Shown: piece after piece, positions 22,800-30,639 of the stretch
Layout of the letters: each line of letters opens with the position of its first letter
Position numbering within the stretch: the stretch's first letter is position 1
Origin: an uncultured Deinococcaceae bacterium
GTDB lineage: Bacteria; Deinococcota; Deinococci; Deinococcales; Deinococcaceae
Direction of reading: 5' to 3'
Length of the DNA: 64,000 nt
Assembly: GCA_964252075.1 (NCBI GenBank)
Contig: CAXULY010000007.1
Span: 64,001-128,000 of the forward strand
Program-made: the position numbers and the translations under genes
Notes under the pieces: generated by a model
The model's database searches: none
Told to the model about the DNA's origin: nothing
The model's input: only the letters and a program-made list of their open reading frames with translations

Positions 22800-23024
22800 A
22801 TGACCGCAGTCACCACCAGCCAGCCCTCTGGCTCCACAAAAACCGTTCCTGATTTCTTCAGCCCCAAGGGCGTAGCCGAGCACCTGGGTGTGAACCCCTC
22901 TCTGATCTACGCCGAAATTCGTTCTGGGCGCTTGCGCGCTGTGAAGATCGGAACAAAGGTTCTACGTGTTCCACGCGAGGCACTTGAAGAGTACGTGCGC
23001 GCCCAGAGCGAAGGGGGCAAATAA
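22800..23024 (+). CDS. Excisionase-like HTH protein
   Basis: SPKGVAEHLGVNPSLIYAEIRSGRLRAVKIG..LRVPREALEEY (HTH_17 pattern). Confidence 0.88.
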   Translation: MTAVTTSQPSGSTKTVPDFFSPKGVAEHLGVNPSLIYAEIRSGRLRAVKIGTKVLRVPREALEEYVRAQSEGGK

Positions 23025-23410
23025 TGCCCCGCCGTGGACGGGACGGCGGGGCAGGCGCGAGCAGCGCTGAGGACAGTCTAGTGGACGTGACGGGCCTCGC
23101 AAAAGCCCTGCCCCTGACGACCTTCGAGCGGAAGGCCGAGCGCGCCAGCATGCGAGAGGATGAAGCCTATTTTCGAGCGCACCCTGAGGCCGAGAGCTAC
23201 GTGCGTCCCTACCGCCGGGGTGAGCTGCCCGGCCTGGTGCTGCTGGCCACGAGCAGCGAGCCGGTGGCGGTGGCGGTGGCCTTCGTCTGCCCTGGTGAGC
23301 GGACCCGCGTGTTCATCTGGCCGCACCACCTGCGCGCCACTGCACGCCGACAGGTGGAGGCCGGCGCCCGCCAAGAGCGGGAGCGGCGCGGCCTGGGGGC
23401 GAAGGCATGA
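23024..23410 (+). CDS. Hypothetical protein (128 aa)
   Basis: Stop/start overlaps with xis (TAATG) and primase (ATGA). Confidence 0.7.
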   Translation: MPRRGRDGGAGASSAEDSLVDVTGLAKALPLTTFERKAERASMREDEAYFRAHPEAESYVRPYRRGELPGLVLLATSSEPVAVAVAFVCPGERTRVFIWPHHLRATARRQVEAGARQERERRGLGAKA

Positions 23411-26181
23411 CCGCCGCCGACCACACTGACATCCTGGCGACCTTCAGTGCCCTCCTGCCCCCCAACACCGTCAAACACGGGCGGCTGCTGGGCGTGGACG
23501 ACAAGACGGGCAGGAAGCGGGTAGAGACGCGCGAGGGCCAGCCCGTCACGTCCGGGATGCTGGCCCGCCACCTGGGCGTCCCTGGCAAGCTTCACCGCTG
23601 GGTGCTGGGCTACCTGCCCGGCTTCGAGGAAGGCACCCCCTGCGGCCTGATTGACCTGGACCAAAAAGACTTCCCCGGCGAGCGCATGGAGGCGGTGAGG
23701 AGTGTGCTGCGGCAGGTGTGCAATGGGCTGAACCTGCACACCTACTGGGAGCGCAGCTCAAGCGGACTGGGCTGGCACCTGTGGCTCTTTACCGACGCCC
23801 CCTTGCCCTACGGCGTAATGCGGGACGCCCTGCGTGCCCTCCTGCGCAGGGCGAGTATCAAAGCCGAGGTGTACCCGATGGGCGACACGCCCGCCTCGCG
23901 CTGGGTGATCACGCCCTACTACGAAGCCCTGCGCGATGAGCGGCGGCTGGGCCGGACCTGGCTCGAGCTGGACGACGGGCAGCCCATCCCCGTGGACGAG
24001 CTGGGCGAGTACATCACCCTCACCTCGGCTGGCCGCCTGCGCGAGCTGGCAGCCGAAAAGGAAGCGCCGAAGCCGGCCAGCGCGCCCAGCGCAGCGCTCG
24101 AAACCGAACCCGGCGATCTGGCACCCGAGGCGGTGGGGCTGTTGCTGGACCTCGCGCGAAGTGCGGCCCCAAAGGGTGGGCGGCACGATGCGCTGGCGGC
24201 CTTCTTGAACCTGGGGCAGCGGGCGGGCGACCTCGAGGGCATGGCCGATGGGCTCAAGGCCGATGAGGTGCGGCAGGTGTGGTGCCCAGACGGCAGCCGA
24301 GATGCCCAGGATTGGGCCGCCGAGGTGGACCGCTGGGCCGAGAACGTGCAGACGGGCAAGGCGGAAACGCGGCGCGGGCTGCCTTACCTCCGCGAGACGG
24401 CGGGCTACACCGTGCCCAGCTTGCCCAAGCGGGCCGGGCTGGGTCTGCCGGAGATTGTGGTGAACGAGCGCCACCTCCGCGAGATTGCCGCCGACGCCGA
24501 GCGGGTCTTGCTGGAAGCGAACGAGCCGCCCACCCTCTTCCAGCGCGGCGGCGAACTGGTGCGCGTCGCTCAGGAAGAAGACAGCACCCGCCTCAAGACC
24601 TTAGAGGCGGTGGCCCTGAAAGGCGTGCTGGCCCGCGCGGCGGACTTCGTGGTGCTACTCGAACGCACCGAGAGGAATGAGGACGGCAAGAAGGAGCTGA
24701 TCGAGGACCGCAAACCCGCGCGGCCGCCTGCAGACCTCGCACCTGACCTGCTGGCCCGCGTGGAGCACCTAGGCCTGCCACCACTCCGCACCCTGGCCCG
24801 CTCGCCCATCTACGCGCCCAGCGGCGAGCTGGTGAGCGCCGAGGGCTATCACTCGACCAGCGGCATCTTTCTGGCCCTGCGGGACCTGACCGTGCCCAGC
24901 CTGCCCAGTCCTTCCGATGCTCTGGCCCTGCTGCGCGAGTTGCTGACCGACTTTCCCTTCTCCCCGTACGAAGCGGGCTTGGCTCATGCCCTCGCGGCGC
25001 TGCTGCTGCCCTTCGTGCGTCCCATGATTGAAGGCCCCACGCCCCTGCACCTGATCGAAGCGCCCACCCGCGGCAGTGGGAAGGGACTGCTCTCGGAAGT
25101 CATCGCCCACGTGGCGCTCGGCGGGGCGGCGGGCGTGATGGTGCAACCCAAGGACGGTGATGAATTCGAGAAGCGCGTGACCTCCACCCTGCTGGAAGGG
25201 GCGCGGGTCATCCTGCTGGACAACGTGCATTCACTCAAGGGCGAGGCGCTGGCCGCCATCCTGACGGCCCGCACCTGGAAGGGGCGGCGCCTGGGCAAGA
25301 GCGAGATGCTGACCCTGCCCAATGACGCCCTGTGGCTGGCAACGGGGAACAACGTGAGCCTGGATGACGACATGCCCCGGCGCATCATCCCCATCCGGCT
25401 TGACCCCGGCGTAGAGCGCCCCGAGGAACGCACCGGCTTCAGACACCCGGACCTGCTGGGCTGGGTCAAGGCGCACCGCCCCACCCTAGTGGCCGCCTGC
25501 CTGGCGCTGGTAGAAGCGTGGAAGGCAGCAGGCCGCCCGAGGGGCAGCGCCCGGCTGGGCAGTTACGAGAGCTGGGCGGCAGTGATTGGGGGCATCCTCG
25601 ATGTGGCCGGGGTGGCGGGCTTCCTGACCGGGCGTGAAGGCCTGTACGAGACGGCGAACGCCGAGCCCCAGGAGTGGGCGGAGGTGCTCGCCGCGCTGTA
25701 CACGGTGCATGGACGCGAACCCATCACCGCCCGTGAGTTCCTCGCCGCCATGCGCGGCACCGCCACGCTGCTGGACCTGTGGGAAGGCAAGCGCGACCTC
25801 TCCGCCCTGCAGCGCATCGGGCATGCCCTCAGAGCGCGTCGTGATCGGGTCTTCGGCGGGCTGGTCATTCGGCTGGAGGGCAAGCAGGGGGGCAGCCTGC
25901 GCTACCGGGTGGAACCCCCAGTGGGGCGAGGTGGCTCAAAAACCCCCGAAACCACCAAAACCTCTGAGCAGGCGGGAAAAAGCACGGCTGACACGCATTC
26001 GAGCGCTGAGGGGGTTTTACCGGGGTTTTCGGCCCAGAACCCCCAAACCCCTACAAAACCCCCAAAAAACCCCTCTAAGAAAAAAGCCGTGCTGGACGAC
26101 GAGAAACACGGGCCTCAAGGGGTTTCGGGGGTTTTAGGGGTTTTGCGGGCACCTGGCAGTGAAGATGCGGTGGAGCTGTGA
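23407..26181 (+). CDS. AEP primase-SF3-like helicase replication protein
   Basis: IDLD and SSSGLGWHLW AEP motifs; RHDAL PriCT-like; Walker A RGSGKG, Walker B ILLDN, motif C ATGNN. Confidence 0.82.
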   Translation: MTAADHTDILATFSALLPPNTVKHGRLLGVDDKTGRKRVETREGQPVTSGMLARHLGVPGKLHRWVLGYLPGFEEGTPCGLIDLDQKDFPGERMEAVRSVLRQVCNGLNLHTYWERSSSGLGWHLWLFTDAPLPYGVMRDALRALLRRASIKAEVYPMGDTPASRWVITPYYEALRDERRLGRTWLELDDGQPIPVDELGEYITLTSAGRLRELAAEKEAPKPASAPSAALETEPGDLAPEAVGLLLDLARSAAPKGGRHDALAAFLNLGQRAGDLEGMADGLKADEVRQVWCPDGSRDAQDWAAEVDRWAENVQTGKAETRRGLPYLRETAGYTVPSLPKRAGLGLPEIVVNERHLREIAADAERVLLEANEPPTLFQRGGELVRVAQEEDSTRLKTLEAVALKGVLARAADFVVLLERTERNEDGKKELIEDRKPARPPADLAPDLLARVEHLGLPPLRTLARSPIYAPSGELVSAEGYHSTSGIFLALRDLTVPSLPSPSDALALLRELLTDFPFSPYEAGLAHALAALLLPFVRPMIEGPTPLHLIEAPTRGSGKGLLSEVIAHVALGGAAGVMVQPKDGDEFEKRVTSTLLEGARVILLDNVHSLKGEALAAILTARTWKGRRLGKSEMLTLPNDALWLATGNNVSLDDDMPRRIIPIRLDPGVERPEERTGFRHPDLLGWVKAHRPTLVAACLALVEAWKAAGRPRGSARLGSYESWAAVIGGILDVAGVAGFLTGREGLYETANAEPQEWAEVLAALYTVHGREPITAREFLAAMRGTATLLDLWEGKRDLSALQRIGHALRARRDRVFGGLVIRLEGKQGGSLRYRVEPPVGRGGSKTPETTKTSEQAGKSTADTHSSAEGVLPGFSAQNPQTPTKPPKNPSKKKAVLDDEKHGPQGVSGVLGVLRAPGSEDAVEL
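25940..26143. repeat. Iteron-like AAACCCC repeat array (candidate ori)
   Basis: Three 9-bp units forward (25940-25966), three inverted (26117-26143), further copies 26009-26075. Confidence 0.7.
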
Positions 26182-26582
26182 GCGCCTTGGCCCTGCTGGA
26201 CACCCTGGCCGGACTGGGCGTACACGCGAGCGTCACACCCAGCGGAACGCTGCGCGTGGAACCCGCCAGCCGCGTGCCCGCTGAGCTGCTGGAGGCCCTG
26301 AAGGCGCACCGGGACGAACTGCTGACCGAGCTGCAGCGAAACCGCTCAATTCCGCTCACGGCTTCAACAGGTTTCAACATCCCGCCACTGCCTGAGCCCC
26401 TGGCCCGCCTCGCGCGGGCCGCGGCGGGCGGCCACCTTACGCACCTCGCCAGCCTCCCCAGCGGGCTGGTGCTGAACCTGGGAGAGTACGTGCTGGCCTG
26501 GGTGGCGGCGTACCTCACGGGCGACCAGCACGAGGCGCGCAGGCGGCTCGAGGAAGCCCGTCAGGCCTGGGGGCAGGCGTGA
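26178..26582 (+). CDS. Small protein with TubC-N-like N-terminus
   Basis: LLDTLAGLGV...GTLRV.....PAELLEALKAHRDELL; GTGA overlap with primase stop. Confidence 0.7.
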   Translation: MSALALLDTLAGLGVHASVTPSGTLRVEPASRVPAELLEALKAHRDELLTELQRNRSIPLTASTGFNIPPLPEPLARLARAAAGGHLTHLASLPSGLVLNLGEYVLAWVAAYLTGDQHEARRRLEEARQAWGQA

Positions 26583-26656
26583 ACAGGGCGCTTCCTCGAG
26601 CCGCTATTCCTCGCTTAGACCCTAAGCACAACAGTGAAACGGCGCGCGGGAGAGAC

Positions 26657-27106
26657 TCAGGGTTCTGGAAAATTCACGGCAGGGAGGCCCGCCGCCGTAA
26701 GCGCCCGATCAACGGCGCGGGCGGCCTCCTCAACGCTGGTGTGCAGGCCCAGGTAGCTGCCATTCTTGGGTCCGCCGGGCAGCCTGATGAAGGCGCGGAA
26801 CTTTTGGCCCGAGGGCGCGACGCCCACGTAGCCCAGGGCTCCGCCCCTGGTGCGCCGCCCCGGCTGCATGGCGATCAGGTTGCTGGCGCGGAAGTCGGTG
26901 CGATCGCCGTTGCGGTGCTTCCAGACGTGGCCTGCGGGGGCCTTGCCCATGACGTGGGTGGCGAGTGTCTCGGTGGTGACCCGGCCACTCTGGCGAAACG
27001 AGCGCAGGATGCTGCCGTTCGGGTGGCGGCTCCAGGTGTGCTGAATGGCGGTCGAGTGGTCGTCAACCAGCAGGGGTTCAGGGTGGTTGGTGGGCGTGAT
27101 CCACAC
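26657..27106 (-). CDS. HNH-like/AP2-domain protein
   Basis: KHRNGDRTDFRASNL and YVGV...KFRAFI...YLGLHTSVEEAARAVD; TACACT 6 nt before GTG. Confidence 0.8.
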   Translation of the reverse strand: MWITPTNHPEPLLVDDHSTAIQHTWSRHPNGSILRSFRQSGRVTTETLATHVMGKAPAGHVWKHRNGDRTDFRASNLIAMQPGRRTRGGALGYVGVAPSGQKFRAFIRLPGGPKNGSYLGLHTSVEEAARAVDRALTAAGLPAVNFPEP

Positions 27107-27159
27107 GCGGTCAGTGTAGATGCTCCACCCGATTCCAGCGTCACGATTTGGGGGTTGGA

Positions 27160-27585
27160 ATGACGTCCAAGCGCTACGCCCACGCCACGGCGCCCCTGAA
27201 CGCCCGGCAGCGGGACTTCGTGAAGTACTACCTGCGCACCGGCAACGCCACCAAAGCCGCGCGCTTGGCGGGCTACCGGGAGCGCGCCGCCGCGAACCAG
27301 GGGCACCGCCTGCTGGGGCACCCGCAAGTGCGGGCGCTGCTCGCCCCTCGTCAGCAGGAGAGCATGGCCGAGCTCGCAGAGGAGGTGGCCCGCCAGCTCG
27401 GCGCGCCCTCCGCCCGCTACGCCGTCCCGGGCGCGCCTGGACTCACCGTGACCTTCGAGCGGGACGGCCGCGTGCTGAGCACCGTCGAAGCCCGTCAGGC
27501 GCTGCTCGAGGCCGACCCGCCCCACGGGCACGCGCCGGGCCTGCTGTGGCTCTTGAGCCGCGCCAGCACGGAGCGCACGCCATAA
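27160..27585 (+). CDS. Terminase small subunit-like protein
   Basis: LNARQRDFVKYYLRTGNATKAARLAGY...ANQGHRLL..PQV. Confidence 0.82.
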   Translation: MTSKRYAHATAPLNARQRDFVKYYLRTGNATKAARLAGYRERAAANQGHRLLGHPQVRALLAPRQQESMAELAEEVARQLGAPSARYAVPGAPGLTVTFERDGRVLSTVEARQALLEADPPHGHAPGLLWLLSRASTERTP

Positions 27586-27665
27586 AGGCGAGGTAGGGCG
27601 AGAAATGACCCGAACGCCCGCAAAACGTGTCATTTCCCTGTCGAACACTGTCATTCCAGTTGAAG

Positions 27666-27701
27666 GAGTGGAGCGAATCACCCAAGTGATTCGCTCCACT
27701 C
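27666..27701. terminator. Hairpin between convergent terS and peptidase genes
   Basis: 16-bp IR GAGTGGAGCGAATCAC-ccaa-GTGATTCGCTCCACTC. Confidence 0.7.
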
Positions 27702-28407
27702 ACTCTTTACAGGGCATCCCGCAACGCCAGCAAAGATATTCGTTGCGGCCTGTCTGTACTGACTTACAGCTCGAACAATAAGAGTACGAACTGCTACGGC
27801 CGTAAGGTGCCATATATTTTAAATGGAGCGGCAACCACTGGAAAAGCGAGGGCGGATATCTACCGACCCTGAATTCTTCAAACTTCTCTTGCTCTCCAGG
27901 GATGTCTTGAATGATCGCGTCCCGTTCTGCGGTAGATAAAAAGCTGAGGCCGCTCAGCCGATAAGCAGCGGCGGTAACACTTACTCCGAAAGCGCGAGAA
28001 ACTAGGTAAGCGTTTGGCTTCTTGTTGAACGCGGTCACAACTTGCTCCATCAGATCCCGAGGCATGAGCAACTCGGCAGCAAACGAATTGGCAGTCCTTT
28101 CAACTACCTCCAGTTCCTTTGCATCAAGACTGTAGTGACTCAAGCCACCGTCCAGCAAGGCATGTTTTAACTCGTGGGCAGCAGTAAAGCGCTGACGGCC
28201 TATCACGTTATCCGTATTGATGTATATCGTGGGCTCGCCTACACCAATGGAGATGCACGCGCCTGATAGCTTGGGTTCGTCTTCAAATATAACTTCGATG
28301 CCGTTGTCCCACAGCATTTGATAAACGTTCACCGGACCAAAAGAAATGCGATATTTGACCAGTAGGGATTGCGCCAAATCGCGAACCTCAACAGAAGCTG
28401 CCATCAA
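27700..28407 (-). CDS. ImmA/IrrE family (COG2856) metallopeptidase
   Basis: RQRFTAAHELKH (HExxH), ERTANSFAAELLMP, FGVS..AA.YRL; C-terminal CSSC...CWRC. Confidence 0.92.
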   Translation of the reverse strand: MMAASVEVRDLAQSLLVKYRISFGPVNVYQMLWDNGIEVIFEDEPKLSGACISIGVGEPTIYINTDNVIGRQRFTAAHELKHALLDGGLSHYSLDAKELEVVERTANSFAAELLMPRDLMEQVVTAFNKKPNAYLVSRAFGVSVTAAAYRLSGLSFLSTAERDAIIQDIPGEQEKFEEFRVGRYPPSLFQWLPLHLKYMAPYGRSSSYSYCSSCKSVQTGRNEYLCWRCGMPCKE

Positions 28408-28417
28408 TCACCTCAGG

Positions 28418-28843
28418 TCATGCATTTTGGTCAAGGGCATCACGGACATAATTGATTTTCTTGCGTTCTGCCTTTGCTACTGCCAGCGCCGTCAAATCTG
28501 CCAAGTCGTCGGCGTTTAATCCACCTTCTGATGCCAGTCTGTTTAAAACCTTCAATGTGGAATCAGCAGGGGGGCTTTCCTCAATGAAGTGCAGTATGTC
28601 CTGATCCAAAACCTTTGCCAGGTTTTGAAGATCTTCCACGGTTGGCTTTCTGGCCGCCGCCTCCCAGCGTGAGATGGTGGCTCCACTCTCCCCAAGCATC
28701 GCTCCCAGATCATCCTGCGTAAGATGCTTTGCCTCTCGTGCTGTAAGGATTCGCCGACCTATACGGGTGTATAGGTCGGGGTCAGTCTGCACGGATCGCG
28801 GCGGTCGGCCTGCACTTCTATTCCGTCTCGAGGGGTCATTCAT
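28418..28843 (-). CDS. XRE-family HTH repressor
   Basis: IGRRILTAREAKHLTQDDLGAMLG.S.ATISRWE....KPT; GGAGG RBS. Confidence 0.9.
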   Translation of the reverse strand: MNDPSRRNRSAGRPPRSVQTDPDLYTRIGRRILTAREAKHLTQDDLGAMLGESGATISRWEAAARKPTVEDLQNLAKVLDQDILHFIEESPPADSTLKVLNRLASEGGLNADDLADLTALAVAKAERKKINYVRDALDQNA

Positions 28844-28869
28844 TGCGCATTGCCTCCATACCTATCTTA

Positions 28870-28950
28870 CCATTTTGCGAACACCAATTGCCGGGCGTCT
28901 TCGCAAAATGGGTACAGGGTTTGACAATTTGGCAATCAATCGACTATGCT
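28870..28950 (+). promoter_or_regulatory. Divergent promoter and operator-like IR
   Basis: TTGACA(28921)-N18-TATGCT(28945); IR CCATTTTGCGAA(28870-81)/TTCGCAAAATGG(28900-11). Confidence 0.7.
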
Positions 28951-29125
28951 CCTTCCAACGGGAGGCGGCAAGGGTTGCGGGCAAAAGGAAGCCCGCCCTC
29001 ACGAGACGTGAGCGACGCGCTCAAGCCACCGAAGAAGGCGGGACCTTCCAGATTGAACTCTGACAACTCAATCTACCCGGCGGGTTCCTCGGAAGCAACA
29101 GTGTTCTCCTGGCAAAAGGATCTGT

Positions 29126-29275
29126 ATGTCTGAAGATACGAGCAGTCGACCTCCGGCCCCTAGCCCCGATCACGTGTGGATTTGTCGCCCATTTTTCACC
29201 ACCAGGAGCGGTCAAATCATCACAGCGGCCTCCAGAGGGAAAAAGGCGTTTTGCTTTTGGGCGAAGCCGCGGTAG
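29126..29275 (+). CDS. Unannotated 49-aa basic peptide MSEDTSSRPPAPSPDHVWICRPFFTTRSGQIITAASRGKKAFCFWAKPR
   Basis: AAAGGA RBS 5 nt before ATG, strong promoter upstream, hairpin 7 nt after stop. Confidence 0.75.
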   Translation: MSEDTSSRPPAPSPDHVWICRPFFTTRSGQIITAASRGKKAFCFWAKPR

Positions 29276-29282
29276 CGCAATG

Positions 29283-29326
29283 AAGAGCAGGCGCGGGGTA
29301 CCTTCGAGTACCCCGCGCCTGCTCTT
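29283..29326. terminator. Bidirectional terminator-like hairpin
   Basis: 19-bp IR AAGAGCAGGCGCGGGGTAC-cttcga-GTACCCCGCGCCTGCTCTT. Confidence 0.75.
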
Positions 29327-29330
29327 GCGA

Positions 29331-29612
29331 TTATTCTTTTTCGGGCCACTTTATTGAAGCCACCCGCAGCAGGTCAGCCAGAATTGCGTCTGGCGCGTCG
29401 CTGGCGTCCAAGAGAATGTCGGTGTGCCCCCAGGCTTGAACCCAGGCGTCCACCGCGGGGGCCAGCAGGCAGCGCAGGTGCTCGAGCGCCCCGTCATAGA
29501 GCACCTGACCGGTGGTACAGCGGGGGCAGTAGAGCGTGGTGCTGTTCATGTACGGCACGGCGCCCAGCGCACCACAGCCGGCGCACATGGTCTTCGGATC
29601 GAAGGTGCTCAC
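29331..29612 (-). CDS. Small zinc-ribbon protein
   Basis: CAGC...CPRC; AGGAGG RBS before GTG 29612. Confidence 0.7.
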   Translation of the reverse strand: MSTFDPKTMCAGCGALGAVPYMNSTTLYCPRCTTGQVLYDGALEHLRCLLAPAVDAWVQAWGHTDILLDASDAPDAILADLLRVASIKWPEKE

Positions 29613-29725
29613 GGGTGCGCCTCCTGGGGAAGGTATGGGGTGAGGCTGGGCCACAGGGCAGCTGAGACGAGATTTCCCTCAGTGAGAAGAATGCAGGCCA
29701 CCTTGAGCAGCGGAGTGTTCGTCAT
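29609..29725 (-). CDS. Possible 38-aa ORF (MTNTPLLKVAC...)
   Basis: GGGGGA upstream; TGA overlaps GTG of next gene. Confidence 0.4.
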   Translation of the reverse strand: MTNTPLLKVACILLTEGNLVSAALWPSLTPYLPQEAHP

Positions 29726-29790
29726 GGCGTTCCCCCGTGTTGAGCAGCAGGTGCGGTGTGCCGGGGCAGATGCGCCTGCCCCGGCTTCTC

Positions 29791-30024
29791 TCAGGCGCTG
29801 AGGGGCGGAGCGTTCAGGCCGAGCAGGTACGCGGCCACCTGGCCGACCAGCTGGGCGTGCTCACGCTGCTGATCGGCCGTGAGGGTGCTCACGTGCGCCA
29901 GGTGGTAAGCGCCATCCTGCTTCACTGGGACGGCCTGCAGGGGCTCGCCCTGGGCGGCGCGGATGAGCAGGTGAGAGGCTTCAGCGGGCGTGAGGGGGTC
30001 GCCGGGGTGCTTGTGATAGGGCAT
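29791..30024 (-). CDS. Hypothetical protein (77 aa)
   Basis: GAAAGG RBS before ATG 30024; GC3-rich frame. Confidence 0.6.
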   Translation of the reverse strand: MPYHKHPGDPLTPAEASHLLIRAAQGEPLQAVPVKQDGAYHLAHVSTLTADQQREHAQLVGQVAAYLLGLNAPPLSA

Positions 30025-30077
30025 GGCTGGCCTTTCGACTGAAGAAAGTGGGGGCATTGCTGCCCCCGGGCGGGTGT

Positions 30078-30254
30078 TCAGTCGGCGGCGCTCAGGAGCC
30101 CGGCGAGGAAGGCCCAGCACTCGGCGGCTTCGGTGTCGCTCAGCGTGACCTCGCCCGCGTTGCTGGCTTCGATCTTGGCCCAAAGGCCCGCCTCGTACTC
30201 GCGCTGGTCCTCGTAGCGGTCGGCCAGAATCTCGATGTCGTAAACTGGGGTCAT
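30078..30254 (-). CDS. Acidic 58-aa protein (MTPVYDIEILADRYEDQREYE...), not in ORF track
   Basis: AGGAG RBS; first gene after TTGACA-17-TAACAT promoter. Confidence 0.7.
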   Translation of the reverse strand: MTPVYDIEILADRYEDQREYEAGLWAKIEASNAGEVTLSDTEAAECWAFLAGLLSAAD

Positions 30255-30332
30255 GTTCTTCTCCTGCTAGGGGGTGGACTCAAAGAAGGGGGCTTGCTTT
30301 CCTAGGGCGTGGCCCCCTTCTTTGGTGCCTTT

Positions 30333-30394
30333 ATGTTACGGTATACCGTATCAATTGTCAAGCGCTCTACCGTTACTCAATAACGGTGTACAGT
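30333..30394. promoter_or_regulatory. Divergent promoter/operator switch
   Basis: Leftward TTGACA-N17-TAACAT (30361-30333); rightward TACAGT (30389-94); palindromes TACGGTATACCGTA and ACCGTTA-n5-TAACGGT. Confidence 0.75.
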
Positions 30395-30399
30395 GAGTT

Positions 30400-30639
30400 A
30401 TGAGCGCTATAAAAGTACGTTTGTCAGAAATCCTAGGCAGGCATCGGGTGAGTCAGAGACAGCTTGCGGAACAGGCCGGAATTCGCCCAGCCACAGTGGG
30501 CGCCCTCTACAACGAGCGGGTGAAAGGCATTGATTTCTCTACCCTTGCGGCGCTGCTGGACGCGCTTCACACACTCACTGGTGAGCGGTACACGGTGTGT
30601 GACTTGCTCAAGCACGAGTCGGAAGAGGCGAGTGCATGA
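30400..30639 (+). CDS. Cro/C1-type HTH regulator
   Basis: IKVRLSEIL....SQRQLAEQAGIRPATVGALYN...IDFSTL. Confidence 0.88.
   Translation: MSAIKVRLSEILGRHRVSQRQLAEQAGIRPATVGALYNERVKGIDFSTLAALLDALHTLTGERYTVCDLLKHESEEASA

Noticed and set aside
30331..30350. Deinococcal RDRM (DdrO box)
   Set aside because: Starts TTATGT but the right half does not fit the 17-bp palindrome; better explained as the local repressor operator.
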